A stretch of DNA of 64,000 nt, from positions 291,435-355,434 of the forward strand of contig CBDAPB010000036.1 in assembly GCA_965198265.1 (NCBI GenBank). The letters are read 5' to 3'. Of this stretch, positions 48,013 through 57,757 are shown piece by piece; within the stretch, counting starts at the first letter, position 1, and the number at the start of each line of letters is the position of its first letter. The notes beneath the pieces are model-generated. The model had not been told where the DNA came from. It was given only the letters and a program-made list of their open reading frames with translations, and searched no databases. Origin of the DNA: Terriglobia bacterium (GTDB taxonomy: Bacteria > Acidobacteriota > Terriglobia > 20CM-2-55-15). Both the position numbers and the translations under genes were made by a program.

Positions 48013-48098
48013 GGTGCTGATCTCCTTCGACGTCGTGCGCGGCTGGAGAGAACAATAACCTACGGGGGAGTTCGTCCGAGCAGTTTTTTCGAGGCGCC

Positions 48099-49649
48099 CT
48101 AGGAGTCTGCGCGGCAGAAGGACCGGGATTGGGCGGATAGAGATCGAAGATAGGACATGTCACGAACCTACCGACCATATCTTCCGGAACAGAACCTGCT
48201 GCTGCCGCCGTCGCTGAGAGATTGGCTGGCCGAAGATCACCTGTCGTACTTCATATCGGATGCTGTGGACGCAATGGATTTAAGCGCGTTCGAACAGCGG
48301 TATGGGTCTGAAGGGCCAGGCAATCAGGCCTTCGATCCGCGGATGATGGTGAAGGTGTTGATCTATGGCTACGCGACCGGGGTGTTCTCGTCCAGGAAGA
48401 TCGCGGTGAAGTTGACCGACGACGTGGCGTTCCGGATGTTGGGAGCGGAGAACTTTCCCGCGCACCGTACGATCTCGGATTTTCGCAAACAGCATCTTGA
48501 GGAGTTCGGGAACCTGTTCGTGCAAGTGGTGCGGATGGCGCGAGAAGCGGGTCTGGTGAAGATGGGAACCGTGGCAGTGGACGGAACCAAGATGCGGGCC
48601 AATGCGAGCAAACGCAAAGCGATGAGCTATGAACGCATGAAGAAGCAGGAGACCGAGTTGGGTGAGCAGATTCGGGATCTGGTGAATCGGGCCAGGACGA
48701 TCGATGAGGAAGAAGACCAGCGTTACGGCAAGGACCGGCGCGGCGACGAACTGCCCGAGGGGTTGGCGACGCGCAAGAAGCGATTGGCCACGATCCAGGC
48801 GGCAATGAAGCGGCTCGAAGAGCGTCAAATGGCTGCGGACCAGGAAGCGGGACGGGAATCGGGAGACGACAAACCGGGCAGCGGTAAGAAAGGCAAGCCG
48901 TTCAAACGCCCCATGGGTGAGCCCAAGCCAAAAGCCCAGGACAACTTCACCGACCCGGAAAGCCGGATCATGAAGACCTCCACCGCAGGGTTTCAGCAAT
49001 GCTACAACGCACAGGCGGTGGTCGATTCTGAGGACCGGATCATCGTGGCGACAACGGTGAGCAACAATGCGGCGGATGTGGGGCAGTTGGAGCCGGCTCT
49101 GGAGGCGTTGAACGACAATCTGGGAGAGCATCCCGACTGCGTGCTCGCGGATGCGGGATACCGATCCGAGTCGAATTTAGAAATGCTGGAACAACGTCAA
49201 ATCGATGGGTATGTTGCGATGGGCCGCGAAAAGGACCTCGCCGCCGCTCCCCTTCCACCTGAAGACACTGCGTTTGGCCGGATGGTCCGGAAGATGAAAA
49301 CCCAGCGTGGACGGGACCGTTACCGGGCCAGAAAGCACATTGGGGAACCGCCCTTCGGGTGGATCAAGTCGGTGCTGGGATTCCGACAATTCAGTCTGCG
49401 GGGTTTGGACAACGCGGCATGTGAATGGAATCTGGTTACTCTGGCGGTGAACTTACGACGGATGAACGAGAAGATCGCATGGGCATAATCCGGGAAACCG
49501 GGACTCGCCAAGCCCACCACACGGCTCACGACTCCAGTCCGCAACGGCCTGAGCTCGGCTTGGTGGCAGAATCGGCAGGGGCTCCTCGGAAATCGCGATC
49601 AAATCCCATGGAACACCCATCCTTCTCGTTCCGCCGCGCAGGCTCCTAG
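48099..49649 (+). mobile_element. IS1182-family insertion sequence, copy 2 (1551 bp), inverted relative to copy 1
   Basis: The inverted repeats are CTAGGAGTCTGCGCGGCAGA (48099-48118) and CTAGGAGCCTGCGCGGCGGA (reverse complement of 49630-49649). Confidence 0.85.
48157..49488 (+). CDS. IS1182-family transposase
   Basis: 443 aa, roughly 90 % identical by eye to the 441-aa protein at 35984-37309. Confidence 0.85.
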   Translation: MSRTYRPYLPEQNLLLPPSLRDWLAEDHLSYFISDAVDAMDLSAFEQRYGSEGPGNQAFDPRMMVKVLIYGYATGVFSSRKIAVKLTDDVAFRMLGAENFPAHRTISDFRKQHLEEFGNLFVQVVRMAREAGLVKMGTVAVDGTKMRANASKRKAMSYERMKKQETELGEQIRDLVNRARTIDEEEDQRYGKDRRGDELPEGLATRKKRLATIQAAMKRLEERQMAADQEAGRESGDDKPGSGKKGKPFKRPMGEPKPKAQDNFTDPESRIMKTSTAGFQQCYNAQAVVDSEDRIIVATTVSNNAADVGQLEPALEALNDNLGEHPDCVLADAGYRSESNLEMLEQRQIDGYVAMGREKDLAAAPLPPEDTAFGRMVRKMKTQRGRDRYRARKHIGEPPFGWIKSVLGFRQFSLRGLDNAACEWNLVTLAVNLRRMNEKIAWA

Positions 49650-50238
49650 GCAGTGTTCTCGCTTCGGTCTTTCGGATGAGAAAGCATCGATGCGGACAGT
49701 GTGGCGGTCTCCGCGGCCTCGTGTAATCCAACAGTTGGTGGGACCCGACGCTGGGCCACATTCTTGGTCTTGAAATGCCGAAGGAGCCCGCCGCCAGGAT
49801 TCTGACGGAAATGCTTTAAGCCTCCAGCTCGTCAACCGAGGAACGGAAGCGCAGTCCTCTCAGGTATGCGCGTTGATCGCTCTGTTCGGTATTCTTCCGC
49901 ATGACGTCGGCCAGCTTTCGGGCGTACTCCTGGCGTGTGACCCCATAAACAGGACTGCGTGCAATTACCCTGCCAGCGGCTCTCCGCGGAGTCGCGCTCC
50001 GCCTGAAGGACTTCCGCCCGACATCACCTCGCCGGTGTGAACGGCGATACCGAAGTTGTTTCAAAACGTTACACCTGGCCCGGGCGAACGCCGCCGCCGT
50101 CCGTCTCCCTCATTGGTCGCGGCTATCAAGTTTTTCGCTTCCTAATCTTTTGGATGCCGGCATAAACTCCGGTAGTTGTCCAGCAGCCTTGACAGAGACG
50201 ATCCGTGGTTCGTTCGATTCTTCCGGAGGGAGTATCTG

Positions 50239-52674
50239 ATGAAGACTCTAAAGCTTTTCGTTCCCGTCCTCGCGATCATCGCGGTGGCGTCCCTCAACGC
50301 GTCGGCCCAGCTTGTGAGACAGTCCGAGTTGACGAAAGCTGATGTCGATCCGGACTTTGAACTGACATTGGACCATCTGTCCTACGATTCCCGGTGGTTG
50401 GGACTGTCCCCGAGAGGCGTGACGTGGTCGCCCGACGGAGGGACCGTCTACTTCCGTTGGCGGGATGATCCGGCATCCGGACAGAATCCGGATACCGATC
50501 CCTGGCATGCCGTCAATCGCGCCGGGACACGTGTCCGGACGGTCGACACCGACGAAGTCCGGAGGATCCCCTCGGGCAACATCAGTTGGTCCGGGGACCG
50601 TGCCGTGGCTGCCTGGTCCAGGTCGGGTACGCTGTTCCTCTGGAACCGGGGCCGCGGAGCCCGTGCTGTGTACACGGCGGCCTCCGGTTTGGGCAATCTT
50701 CAGACGGCTCCTGATGGCTCTCGCGTCTTCTTCTCGACCGAGGGTTTCGGTAGAACCTCTCCTGAAGCATCCAACAACCAGAGTTCGGACCTTTGGGCCT
50801 ATGAAGTGGACGGTGGTCACGTCCGTCAGCTTGCCGCCATTACGGAGAAGGAGGAAGACCCGAGTGATAGGGAACACGTGAAGTGGCTCGAAGACCAGCA
50901 ACTGGAGTTGATCGAGATCGTCCGGCAGCGTAAGAGCGACCGTGAGGAGTCTGACGCGCTTTCGCGCGAACGCGAGCCGTTCCGGCCTCAGGTCATCCCG
51001 ATCGAGAAAGAAGCGCGCGCCTACAACATACGGTTGAGTCCGGACGGGCAGTACATCACTTTCCAGTGGATGAAGCGGGCGTCTGACGCCGAGCGCACGA
51101 GCTTCCTCGAGTTCGTCAACGAGAGCGGACAGGCGACGGCAAAGGAGGCGCGACCGAAAGTGGGCGACCCGGTGCCTGAATACAAGATGGGCATCGTGCG
51201 AGTCGACCCGCTTGTAGATCCCGAGGACGTTGAGATTACCTGGGTGGATTCGGGAGTCGAGGCGGAAACCGTTGTGCACGGACCGTACTGGAGTCCGGCC
51301 GGAGATCGCGGCATCGTACAGATCCTCTCGATAGACCACAAGGACCGCTGGATCTCGTCGCTCGATGTCGCGACAGGCCTGGTCACCCCCGTTCACCACG
51401 AACACCAGGACGAATGGATCGGCGGGCCGCTGGTAGGAGGCCGCTGGAACCCCGGTTATCTGCAGTGGCTCGATGACGGGAGCGCTTTCGGGTTCGTCAC
51501 CGAAGAGACAGGCTGGACGATGCTGAACCTGGCCGATGCGGACGGCAACGTGACGCGCCTGACCGACGGCGAGTTCGAGGTCCGGGGGAGCGTGCTGGGG
51601 GCGGACGGAAACTGGTACCTCACAACGAGTCTGGAACACCCCGGCGAGATCCATCTCTACCGACTCGGCGGGCGCGGCGGCGAGCTCGAACGGATCACGA
51701 TGGGCGAAGGACGCAACAGCGCGACCCTCTCGCCCGACGGTCAACGCATTGCTGTGTTGTATCAGTCGACGCTGGACCTGTCGGACCTCTACCTCCAGGA
51801 CAATCGTCCGGGAGCCGAGAAGCAGCGGATCACCAAGGCCGGGACCGACGACTACTACCGCTACGATTGGATCGACAGCGAGATCATCAGCTTCCCAGAC
51901 GCCGCGGGCGAAACGACCTGGGCTAAGATCTGGGAGCAGCCGCAGGACCCTAACGGCGCCGCGGTCGTCCACATTCACGGGTGCGGCGAGTGCGCCCAGG
52001 GCGTCACCAAAGGGTGGCAGGGTTCGGCGGGTGTCTACGCCAACTACCTGTACCGGAGGGGCTACACATCGGCTTCCCTGGATTATCGTGGCAGTTCCGG
52101 GTATGGCCACGCGAACCGGACGTATGCGTACCGCCAGATGGGGATTACCGATGTCGACAGCGGGCTGGCGCTGCTGGATGTCCTCGTGGATACCTACGGC
52201 ATTGAGCGTGAACGAATCGGTCTCTATGGCGGTTCCTACGGAGGGTTCTTCACGATCATGTCGTTGTTCCGGAATCCCGGCAAGTGGAAGGCGGGAGTGG
52301 CACTGTACCCGGTGACCGACTGGGCCCACTACAACCAGGGTTACACCAGCCGGATCCTGAACGGCACACCCCAGTCCGACGACGAAGCCTATCGGCAGTC
52401 CAGCCCGATCTACTACGCCGAGGGTTTGCAGGATCACCTGCAGATCCAGCATGGTCTGGTCGACAACAATGTCCAGATCCAGGACTCGTTCCGGTTGTCA
52501 CAGATCCTGATGGAGATGAAGAAGGATTTCGACCTGGTCGTATACCCGGTCGAAGACCATGGCTGGGACGAGATTCCGAGCCGCCGTGACAGTTATTTTC
52601 GGATGACCCGGTGGTTCGACCGCCATCTCCTGGGCGAGAGTGGAGGTGTCGGCACGCAGCAGCAGAATAAATGA
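50239..52674 (+). CDS. S9 family serine peptidase (prolyl oligopeptidase/DPP-type) with N-terminal beta-propeller
   Basis: ATG 50239 is preceded by GGAGGG and gives the signal peptide MKTLKLFVPVLAIIAVASLNASAQ. The C-terminal alpha/beta hydrolase carries GGSYGG (GxSxGG). Confidence 0.85.
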   Translation: MKTLKLFVPVLAIIAVASLNASAQLVRQSELTKADVDPDFELTLDHLSYDSRWLGLSPRGVTWSPDGGTVYFRWRDDPASGQNPDTDPWHAVNRAGTRVRTVDTDEVRRIPSGNISWSGDRAVAAWSRSGTLFLWNRGRGARAVYTAASGLGNLQTAPDGSRVFFSTEGFGRTSPEASNNQSSDLWAYEVDGGHVRQLAAITEKEEDPSDREHVKWLEDQQLELIEIVRQRKSDREESDALSREREPFRPQVIPIEKEARAYNIRLSPDGQYITFQWMKRASDAERTSFLEFVNESGQATAKEARPKVGDPVPEYKMGIVRVDPLVDPEDVEITWVDSGVEAETVVHGPYWSPAGDRGIVQILSIDHKDRWISSLDVATGLVTPVHHEHQDEWIGGPLVGGRWNPGYLQWLDDGSAFGFVTEETGWTMLNLADADGNVTRLTDGEFEVRGSVLGADGNWYLTTSLEHPGEIHLYRLGGRGGELERITMGEGRNSATLSPDGQRIAVLYQSTLDLSDLYLQDNRPGAEKQRITKAGTDDYYRYDWIDSEIISFPDAAGETTWAKIWEQPQDPNGAAVVHIHGCGECAQGVTKGWQGSAGVYANYLYRRGYTSASLDYRGSSGYGHANRTYAYRQMGITDVDSGLALLDVLVDTYGIERERIGLYGGSYGGFFTIMSLFRNPGKWKAGVALYPVTDWAHYNQGYTSRILNGTPQSDDEAYRQSSPIYYAEGLQDHLQIQHGLVDNNVQIQDSFRLSQILMEMKKDFDLVVYPVEDHGWDEIPSRRDSYFRMTRWFDRHLLGESGGVGTQQQNK

Positions 52675-52675
52675 C

Positions 52676-52738
52676 CTGTAGGTGCGCTCTATGAGCGCAC
52701 AAGACGTTGGGACGTGCGGTCATAGACCGCACCTACAC
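52676..52738. repeat. REPIN, family A copy 3
   Basis: CTGTAGGTGCGCTCTATGAGCGCAC - spacer - GTGCGGTCATAGACCGCACCTACAC, starting 2 nt after the peptidase stop. Confidence 0.85.
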
Positions 52739-52794
52739 CGGCCCATGGACCCGTTTCTGCTAACGGACCACAACACATCGAGGGACCTTAACGA

Positions 52795-54525
52795 ATGTCG
52801 AACAACAAGAAGGAAGGCCTGCTCGCCATGAATCGCCGGCGTTTCGTGGGCTATTTCTCGGCCGTCGGTCTGGGGTCCAGTCTGATTCCCGGTGCCCTGA
52901 CGGCCGTGGCGCAGGAAGCTGAAACAAGATGCCGTTTCCGAGCGATTGCCTTGCTTCTGGCGGTCGCTCCCGTGTTTGCTGCCTGTTCCCCGTCGCCGCC
53001 GATCATCCGCGGGATCGAGTTGGACAGGAGGCCCAGCGCCACAGTTCCGCTCGCCGCGCAACTCGCCTTCGTCACGGATCGGCCGACGACTTTCTTTCTC
53101 GAAATTGACGACGGTTCCGGGGTTCGGCTTATCAATCCCGGCCTGCCCCCGGCCACCGAACACATCGTGCCGGTCCTGGGGATGCGCCCGGACACACGGT
53201 ACACCGTTCAGGTCATCGTCAGCGCTCGAAACGGCGCCACGGCGTCTTCGCTCCCGCTTCAGGTCGATACCCCGCCGCTCCCCGAGGATTTTCCGCCCAT
53301 CGAACTGTCGATGAGCGACCCGGCACGGATGGAACCCGGGGTCACTCTTTTCGACGTGATCCACTGGCCGGAGTCCGGGACCGACACGGCATACGGGCTG
53401 CTGGTCGCCCTCGACGAGCGTGGCGAGGTGGTCTGGTACTACAAGACCGATCACGGCGTGGGCGATGCGCGCCGCCTTCAAAACGGCAACCTCCTTTACA
53501 TGTCCGGACGAGCCGGTCATCTCTATGAGATTGACATGCTCGGCAATGTGGTCGCCGAATGGCATTCCAACCGCGCACCTGAAGATGAGTTGGGTCCCGG
53601 AAGCGTTCCTGTAGACACCGAAACGTTCCACCACGAAGCCTTCGAAACCGTATCCGGAAACATCCTGACAATCAGTTCGGAGATCCGAGCCTACGGGGGG
53701 TACCCGACGAGCGCGACGAACGCGGCCTCACCGAAATCGAGGGCGAACGTGATCGGTGACGTCCTTGTCGAATTCACCCGGCAGGGCGAGATCGTGCGAG
53801 AGGTGAAGCTGCTGGATGTGCTGGATCCCTACCGGGTCGGCTACAGTTCGCTGGGAGCCGGGTTCTGGTCTCCGGTATACACGGAAGAATATGAGCATCC
53901 TTTGAGGGATTGGGCGCACACCAACGCACTGGTGAGCGATGCCAGCGGCCGCTATGCCCTGGCTTCCGCGCGAGCGCAGGACGCCGTTGTCAAAATCGAT
54001 CTCGAAACCGGTGAACCGGTGTGGATACTTGGCCATCATGATGGGTGGGCTCCCGAATTCGAGGATCTTCTGCTCAAACCGGTTGGCGACCTGCTCTGGC
54101 CCTACCACCAGCACGCTCCGATGTTCACGCCGGAAGGAACCATCCTGATGTTCGACAACGGCAACGAACGAGCCTGGCCCTTCCAGACCAGGACACCGCC
54201 CTCAGAAGCCTTCAGCCGCGCGGTCGAATATCGAGTAGACGAAGACAACATGGAGGTCTCTCAGGCGTGGGCTTACGGTGGACCGGGTAGCGAGTATTTC
54301 TTCTCGACCTTCATCAGTGACGCCGACTGGCTTCCCACAACCCGGAACGTGCTGGTCGCCGACGGCGGCAAGGTGACCGACCCGAATGCTCATCATTGGG
54401 CGAGGATCGTAGAAGTCACCCACACGACGCCAGCGGAGAAAGTCTTCGAGATCTTCATCGACGACGAGGCGCCAGAAGGTTGGGCGGTCTACCGCGCCGA
54501 GCGGCTTCCAAGCCTGTACCCTTGA
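52795..54525 (+). CDS. Arylsulfotransferase (ASST) family beta-propeller protein
   Basis: 576 aa. The Tat-like motif is MNRRRFVGYFSAVGLG (alternative start ATG 52828). The ASST-like blocks are ..HHEAFETVSGNIL.., WAHTNAL.., KIDLETGEPVWILG and YHQHAPMFTPEGTILMFDNGN. The family call rests on motif memory only. Confidence 0.55.
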   Translation: MSNNKKEGLLAMNRRRFVGYFSAVGLGSSLIPGALTAVAQEAETRCRFRAIALLLAVAPVFAACSPSPPIIRGIELDRRPSATVPLAAQLAFVTDRPTTFFLEIDDGSGVRLINPGLPPATEHIVPVLGMRPDTRYTVQVIVSARNGATASSLPLQVDTPPLPEDFPPIELSMSDPARMEPGVTLFDVIHWPESGTDTAYGLLVALDERGEVVWYYKTDHGVGDARRLQNGNLLYMSGRAGHLYEIDMLGNVVAEWHSNRAPEDELGPGSVPVDTETFHHEAFETVSGNILTISSEIRAYGGYPTSATNAASPKSRANVIGDVLVEFTRQGEIVREVKLLDVLDPYRVGYSSLGAGFWSPVYTEEYEHPLRDWAHTNALVSDASGRYALASARAQDAVVKIDLETGEPVWILGHHDGWAPEFEDLLLKPVGDLLWPYHQHAPMFTPEGTILMFDNGNERAWPFQTRTPPSEAFSRAVEYRVDEDNMEVSQAWAYGGPGSEYFFSTFISDADWLPTTRNVLVADGGKVTDPNAHHWARIVEVTHTTPAEKVFEIFIDDEAPEGWAVYRAERLPSLYP

Positions 54526-54561
54526 TGGTCGGAGCGCTCCTCAAACCATCGCAGATCGATC

Positions 54562-54699
54562 ATCGGACGAATCCGCATTGGAAGTTGGAGATTGCGGATT
54601 GCTCAATTTCCTATCGGTCGGAAAATCTGAAATGAAGCAATCTCCAATGAGCAACCTGCAATGCGGATTACTCAAATATCGCGATTTGCAATGGCTCCC
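54562..54699. repeat. Repeat family B, copy in reverse orientation (138 bp)
   Basis: The reverse complement GGGAGCCATTGCAAATCGCGATATTTGAGTAATCCGCATTGCAGGTTGCTCATTGGAGATTGCTTCATTTCAGATTTTCCGAC..AATGCGGATTCGTCCGAT aligns with 18841-19030. Confidence 0.75.
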
Positions 54700-54774
54700 A
54701 CCAACCGTGGCTCTGTCGACGCCCTTCAATGGGGCGTGTGGTGATCCATGGCTGGAGGGAAACCGAACCGGCCG

Positions 54775-56742
54775 ATGAGTCCAACACCCGCCCCTTGCGG
54801 CTCTTGGGGGTCGCCCATTACCGCATCCCTGATTACGTCGAAGCAGGTGTCACTGGCCGAGCCGAAGTTCTCGGACGGCACACTCTATTGGCTCGAGGGT
54901 CGCCCGCTGGAGGGAGGAAGAGTGGCGATGGTCTCCCGCGGAGAGGACCAATTGGTTCGGGATGTCACCGGCCCTAATGCGAACGTCCGGACCCGCGTGC
55001 ACGAATACGGGGGCGGACCTTATTTCGTCCACGGCAAGTCCGTTTTTTTCTCGGACTACCCAAGCCAGAGAATCTACCGGCAGGATCCCGGCATGGGTCC
55101 GAGGCCGTTGACGCCCGAGCCTTCCTCCGGTGTCGGATATCGCTACGCGGATGGGTGCCTCAGTCCGGATGGACGATGGATCTTCTGCGTCCGGGAGACG
55201 CAGGCCAAAGGCCCACCGGTCGTGAACGACATCGTGGTCCTTCCGTCAGACGGTTCCTCCACTCCTCGATCGATCATCTCCGGGGCGGACTTCTATTCGT
55301 CCCCGCGCGTCAGTCCCGACGGGTCCCAACTGCTCTGGACTTCCTGGAACCATCCGCGGATGCCTTGGGACGGGACCGAGCTCTATTCGGCGAGGCTCGA
55401 TGACACCGGATCGGTTTCCGATCGACGCGTGATCGCCGGTGGCGAAGATGAGTCCATCTTCCAGCCGGAGTGGGCTCCCGACGGGTCGATCTTCTTCGCT
55501 TCTGATCGTACGGGGTGGTGGAACCTCTACAGCCAGGGGGGACAACGGAACGTAGCCGCTGCTCCTATGGGAGCAGAATCCGTTGCTCCTATGGAGGCCG
55601 AATTCGGTTACCCGCAGTGGGTCTTCGGCCTTTCTCGATACGCTTTTGTCGACGGAAATCGATTGGCCGCCGTCTATGCCCGCGATGGAACCGAGCACGT
55701 AGCCGTCATCGACCCGGCATCCGGCACCCTCGACCGCATGGAGTTGGGGTACACGTCCATCTTCTGGCTTGTCAGCGACGGTGCGAATCGAATCGCCCTC
55801 GTTGCCGCTTCGCCGTCGTGCGCCTCCGAGCTGGCCCTTGTCGATATGAAGACAGGCGCGCTCGACGTCGTGAAGCGAAGCGTCGAACTGGACATCGACC
55901 CAAGGTACCTGTCGTGCCCGTCGCACTTCGAGTTTCCGACGACAGGCGACCGGACGGCTTTTGCGTTCTTCTACCCTCCGACCAACAAAGATTACGAGCC
56001 CCGTCCTGATGAACGTCCACCCTTGCTCGTCACGAGCCATGGCGGGCCGACCGCGACGGCCTTCGCAGCGTTGAATCTTTCGATTCAGTTCTGGACGAGC
56101 CGAGGCTTCGGCGTCGTCGACGTCAACTACGGCGGCAGTACCGGCTACGGGCGCGCCTACCGTGAGCGGCTGCAGGGAGAATGGGGAATCGTCGATACCG
56201 ACGACTGCGTGAATGCCGCTCTGCACCTTGTTGCGAAGGGTGATGCCGATCGGGCTCGGATGGCGATTCGGGGAAAGAGTGCGAGCGGGTTCACGGCGCT
56301 CTGCGCGTTGGTGTTCCGCGATGTTTTTGCCGCTGGTGCGAGCTACTACGGCGTGGCCGATCTCCGCGGCCTCGCCGCCGATACCCACAAGTTTGAGTCA
56401 CGCTACCTCGATGGCTTGATCGGCCCCTATCCGGAAGCCGACGAACTGTACCGGAATCGCTCTCCACTGGAGCATGCCGCCAGGTTGTCGACGCCCGTCA
56501 TACTGATGCAGGGCCTTGAAGATCGGGTCGTCCCACCCTCTCAGGCCGAAGTTCTCGTCGAAGTGTTGCGCGAGAAGAGACTGCCGTTCGCGTATGTGAC
56601 GTTCGAAGGAGAGGGGCACGGGTTTCGCAAGGCTGAGAACATCCAACGCGCTCTCGAGGCCGAACTGTATTTCTATTCGCGTGTGTTCGGGTTTCGGCCT
56701 GCGGATGACATCGAACCGACCCTCATCGAGAACCTTCCATGA
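54775..56742 (+). CDS. S9 family serine peptidase (acylaminoacyl-peptidase/DPP-like)
   Basis: The start is taken at ATG 54775 (MSPTPAPCGSWGSPI). It has a beta-propeller N-terminus and the catalytic GKSASG (GxSxG). Confidence 0.85.
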   Translation: MSPTPAPCGSWGSPITASLITSKQVSLAEPKFSDGTLYWLEGRPLEGGRVAMVSRGEDQLVRDVTGPNANVRTRVHEYGGGPYFVHGKSVFFSDYPSQRIYRQDPGMGPRPLTPEPSSGVGYRYADGCLSPDGRWIFCVRETQAKGPPVVNDIVVLPSDGSSTPRSIISGADFYSSPRVSPDGSQLLWTSWNHPRMPWDGTELYSARLDDTGSVSDRRVIAGGEDESIFQPEWAPDGSIFFASDRTGWWNLYSQGGQRNVAAAPMGAESVAPMEAEFGYPQWVFGLSRYAFVDGNRLAAVYARDGTEHVAVIDPASGTLDRMELGYTSIFWLVSDGANRIALVAASPSCASELALVDMKTGALDVVKRSVELDIDPRYLSCPSHFEFPTTGDRTAFAFFYPPTNKDYEPRPDERPPLLVTSHGGPTATAFAALNLSIQFWTSRGFGVVDVNYGGSTGYGRAYRERLQGEWGIVDTDDCVNAALHLVAKGDADRARMAIRGKSASGFTALCALVFRDVFAAGASYYGVADLRGLAADTHKFESRYLDGLIGPYPEADELYRNRSPLEHAARLSTPVILMQGLEDRVVPPSQAEVLVEVLREKRLPFAYVTFEGEGHGFRKAENIQRALEAELYFYSRVFGFRPADDIEPTLIENLP

Positions 56743-57662
56743 CGCGCCTCAGATACATCTGGATTATCGCCGGCCTCCTCTGGGTCCAGCCGGCCGGTGC
56801 GCAATCGGGTGGGTGTAAAGGCTGGGGCGAAGCACGCCGGATTGGAGAGATCGCAAGGATCATCGACGAGGCCAGCGGGGTGGAGGTATCCGGGAAATTC
56901 CCGGGCCGTTTCTACCATGTTGACGATTCCTCGGCGACGATCCACCTGACGGATTCGGCCGGTGGCAACGTGCAGGCTGTCCGCGTCTCGGGCGGACGCG
57001 GAGTGGATGTCGAAGATCTCGCGCTAGGACCCTGCCCGGAAGGCTCCTGCCTGATCATTGCTGACATCGGCGACAACCGGGCCCGACGAAACATACTCGA
57101 GTTGATCGTCGTCGCCGAGCTCGACGTCTACCCGCCCCTGGTCGAACCGTTGAATCGGGTCCGATTCCGGTATCCGGCCGGTCCGAGAAACGCCGAAGCC
57201 CTCGCCGTGCATCCGAACGGGGACATCTTCGTCGTTTCGCGCAAACTCTTTCCTGCCGGCAATGAGACCCATGCTCGGGTGTACCGCCTGCCTGCCGCAG
57301 ACTGGCAGGCAGCCCGTACCGAAATACGTACGCTGATCCCCGTCGTCGATCTTGATTTCCGCCCTCTTGCCGATCTGTTGCCCGGCCGGCTCGTCACGGG
57401 GATGGACATCTCCCACGACGGTCGGCACATGTTGTTGCTGACCTACCAGGACGCCTTTGAGTTCCGGATCGATCCAGAGGAAGCCAAGTTGGGAATTTCC
57501 GAGGATGCGTCAGCCGGGCTGGACTATACCAGGATCGAACTCGTCCCGCTCCGCCAACAGGAAGGGGTCGCCTATACGGCGGACTCGAAGGGATTCATCT
57601 TCACGACCGAGGCGGGAAGGGGCGGATCGCCGATCATGCGGGTGGATTGCGTCAGGAGGTGA
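56739..57662 (+). CDS. Hypothetical secreted protein (beta-propeller-like), translationally coupled to the peptidase
   Basis: The ATGA overlap joins it to the upstream stop. The signal peptide is MTRLRYIWIIAGLLWVQPAGAQ. The block ..DVEDLALGPCPEGSCLIIADIGDN.. is recurrent in uncharacterised secreted proteins. Confidence 0.6.
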   Translation: MTRLRYIWIIAGLLWVQPAGAQSGGCKGWGEARRIGEIARIIDEASGVEVSGKFPGRFYHVDDSSATIHLTDSAGGNVQAVRVSGGRGVDVEDLALGPCPEGSCLIIADIGDNRARRNILELIVVAELDVYPPLVEPLNRVRFRYPAGPRNAEALAVHPNGDIFVVSRKLFPAGNETHARVYRLPAADWQAARTEIRTLIPVVDLDFRPLADLLPGRLVTGMDISHDGRHMLLLTYQDAFEFRIDPEEAKLGISEDASAGLDYTRIELVPLRQQEGVAYTADSKGFIFTTEAGRGGSPIMRVDCVRR

Positions 57663-57663
57663 C

Positions 57664-57745
57664 GGTGACAAAGTCCAATGTCCAAAGTCCAAGGAAAGTC
57701 CGAAGTCGGTGTTTCCGATGACGTTGGACCTTGGACGTTGGACCA
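57664..57745. repeat. Long hairpin built from inverted heptamer arrays (GTCCAAN x3 / TTGGACN x3) between convergent genes
   Basis: GTCCAATGTCCAAAGTCCAA (57673-57692) matches the reverse complement of 57724-57743 (GTCCAACGTCCAAGGTCCAA) at 18/20. The loop is about 31 nt. Confidence 0.7.
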
Positions 57746-57757
57746 ACTGACCACTGA

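Noticed and set aside
41680-48098. Sigma-54 promoters (TGGCAC-N5-TTGC) in the intergenic regions around the kinase cluster.
   Set aside because: Scanning 41680-41719, 42830-42906 and 48013-48098 by eye found only partial matches (for example TGGCTCATCGATGAG) that lack the -12 GC at the correct spacing. A matrix scan is needed before any claim.
49816-50064. 82-aa minus-strand ORF between IS1182 copy 2 and the S9 peptidase, as a possible antitoxin or regulator.
   Set aside because: The N-terminal half is an Arg-rich low-complexity stretch. I found no Shine-Dalgarno sequence and no recognisable motif. There is not enough support to call a gene.
50248-52452. Very long ORFs antisense to annotated genes (for example 50248..52452, 13859..15583, 16301..17539, 2296..3750, 59866..60849, 26003..27375).
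   Set aside because: Their composition is Arg/Gly/Pro/Val/His-rich without motifs. Each overlaps, on the opposite strand, a gene with unmistakable family signatures. This is the typical artefact of GC-rich DNA.
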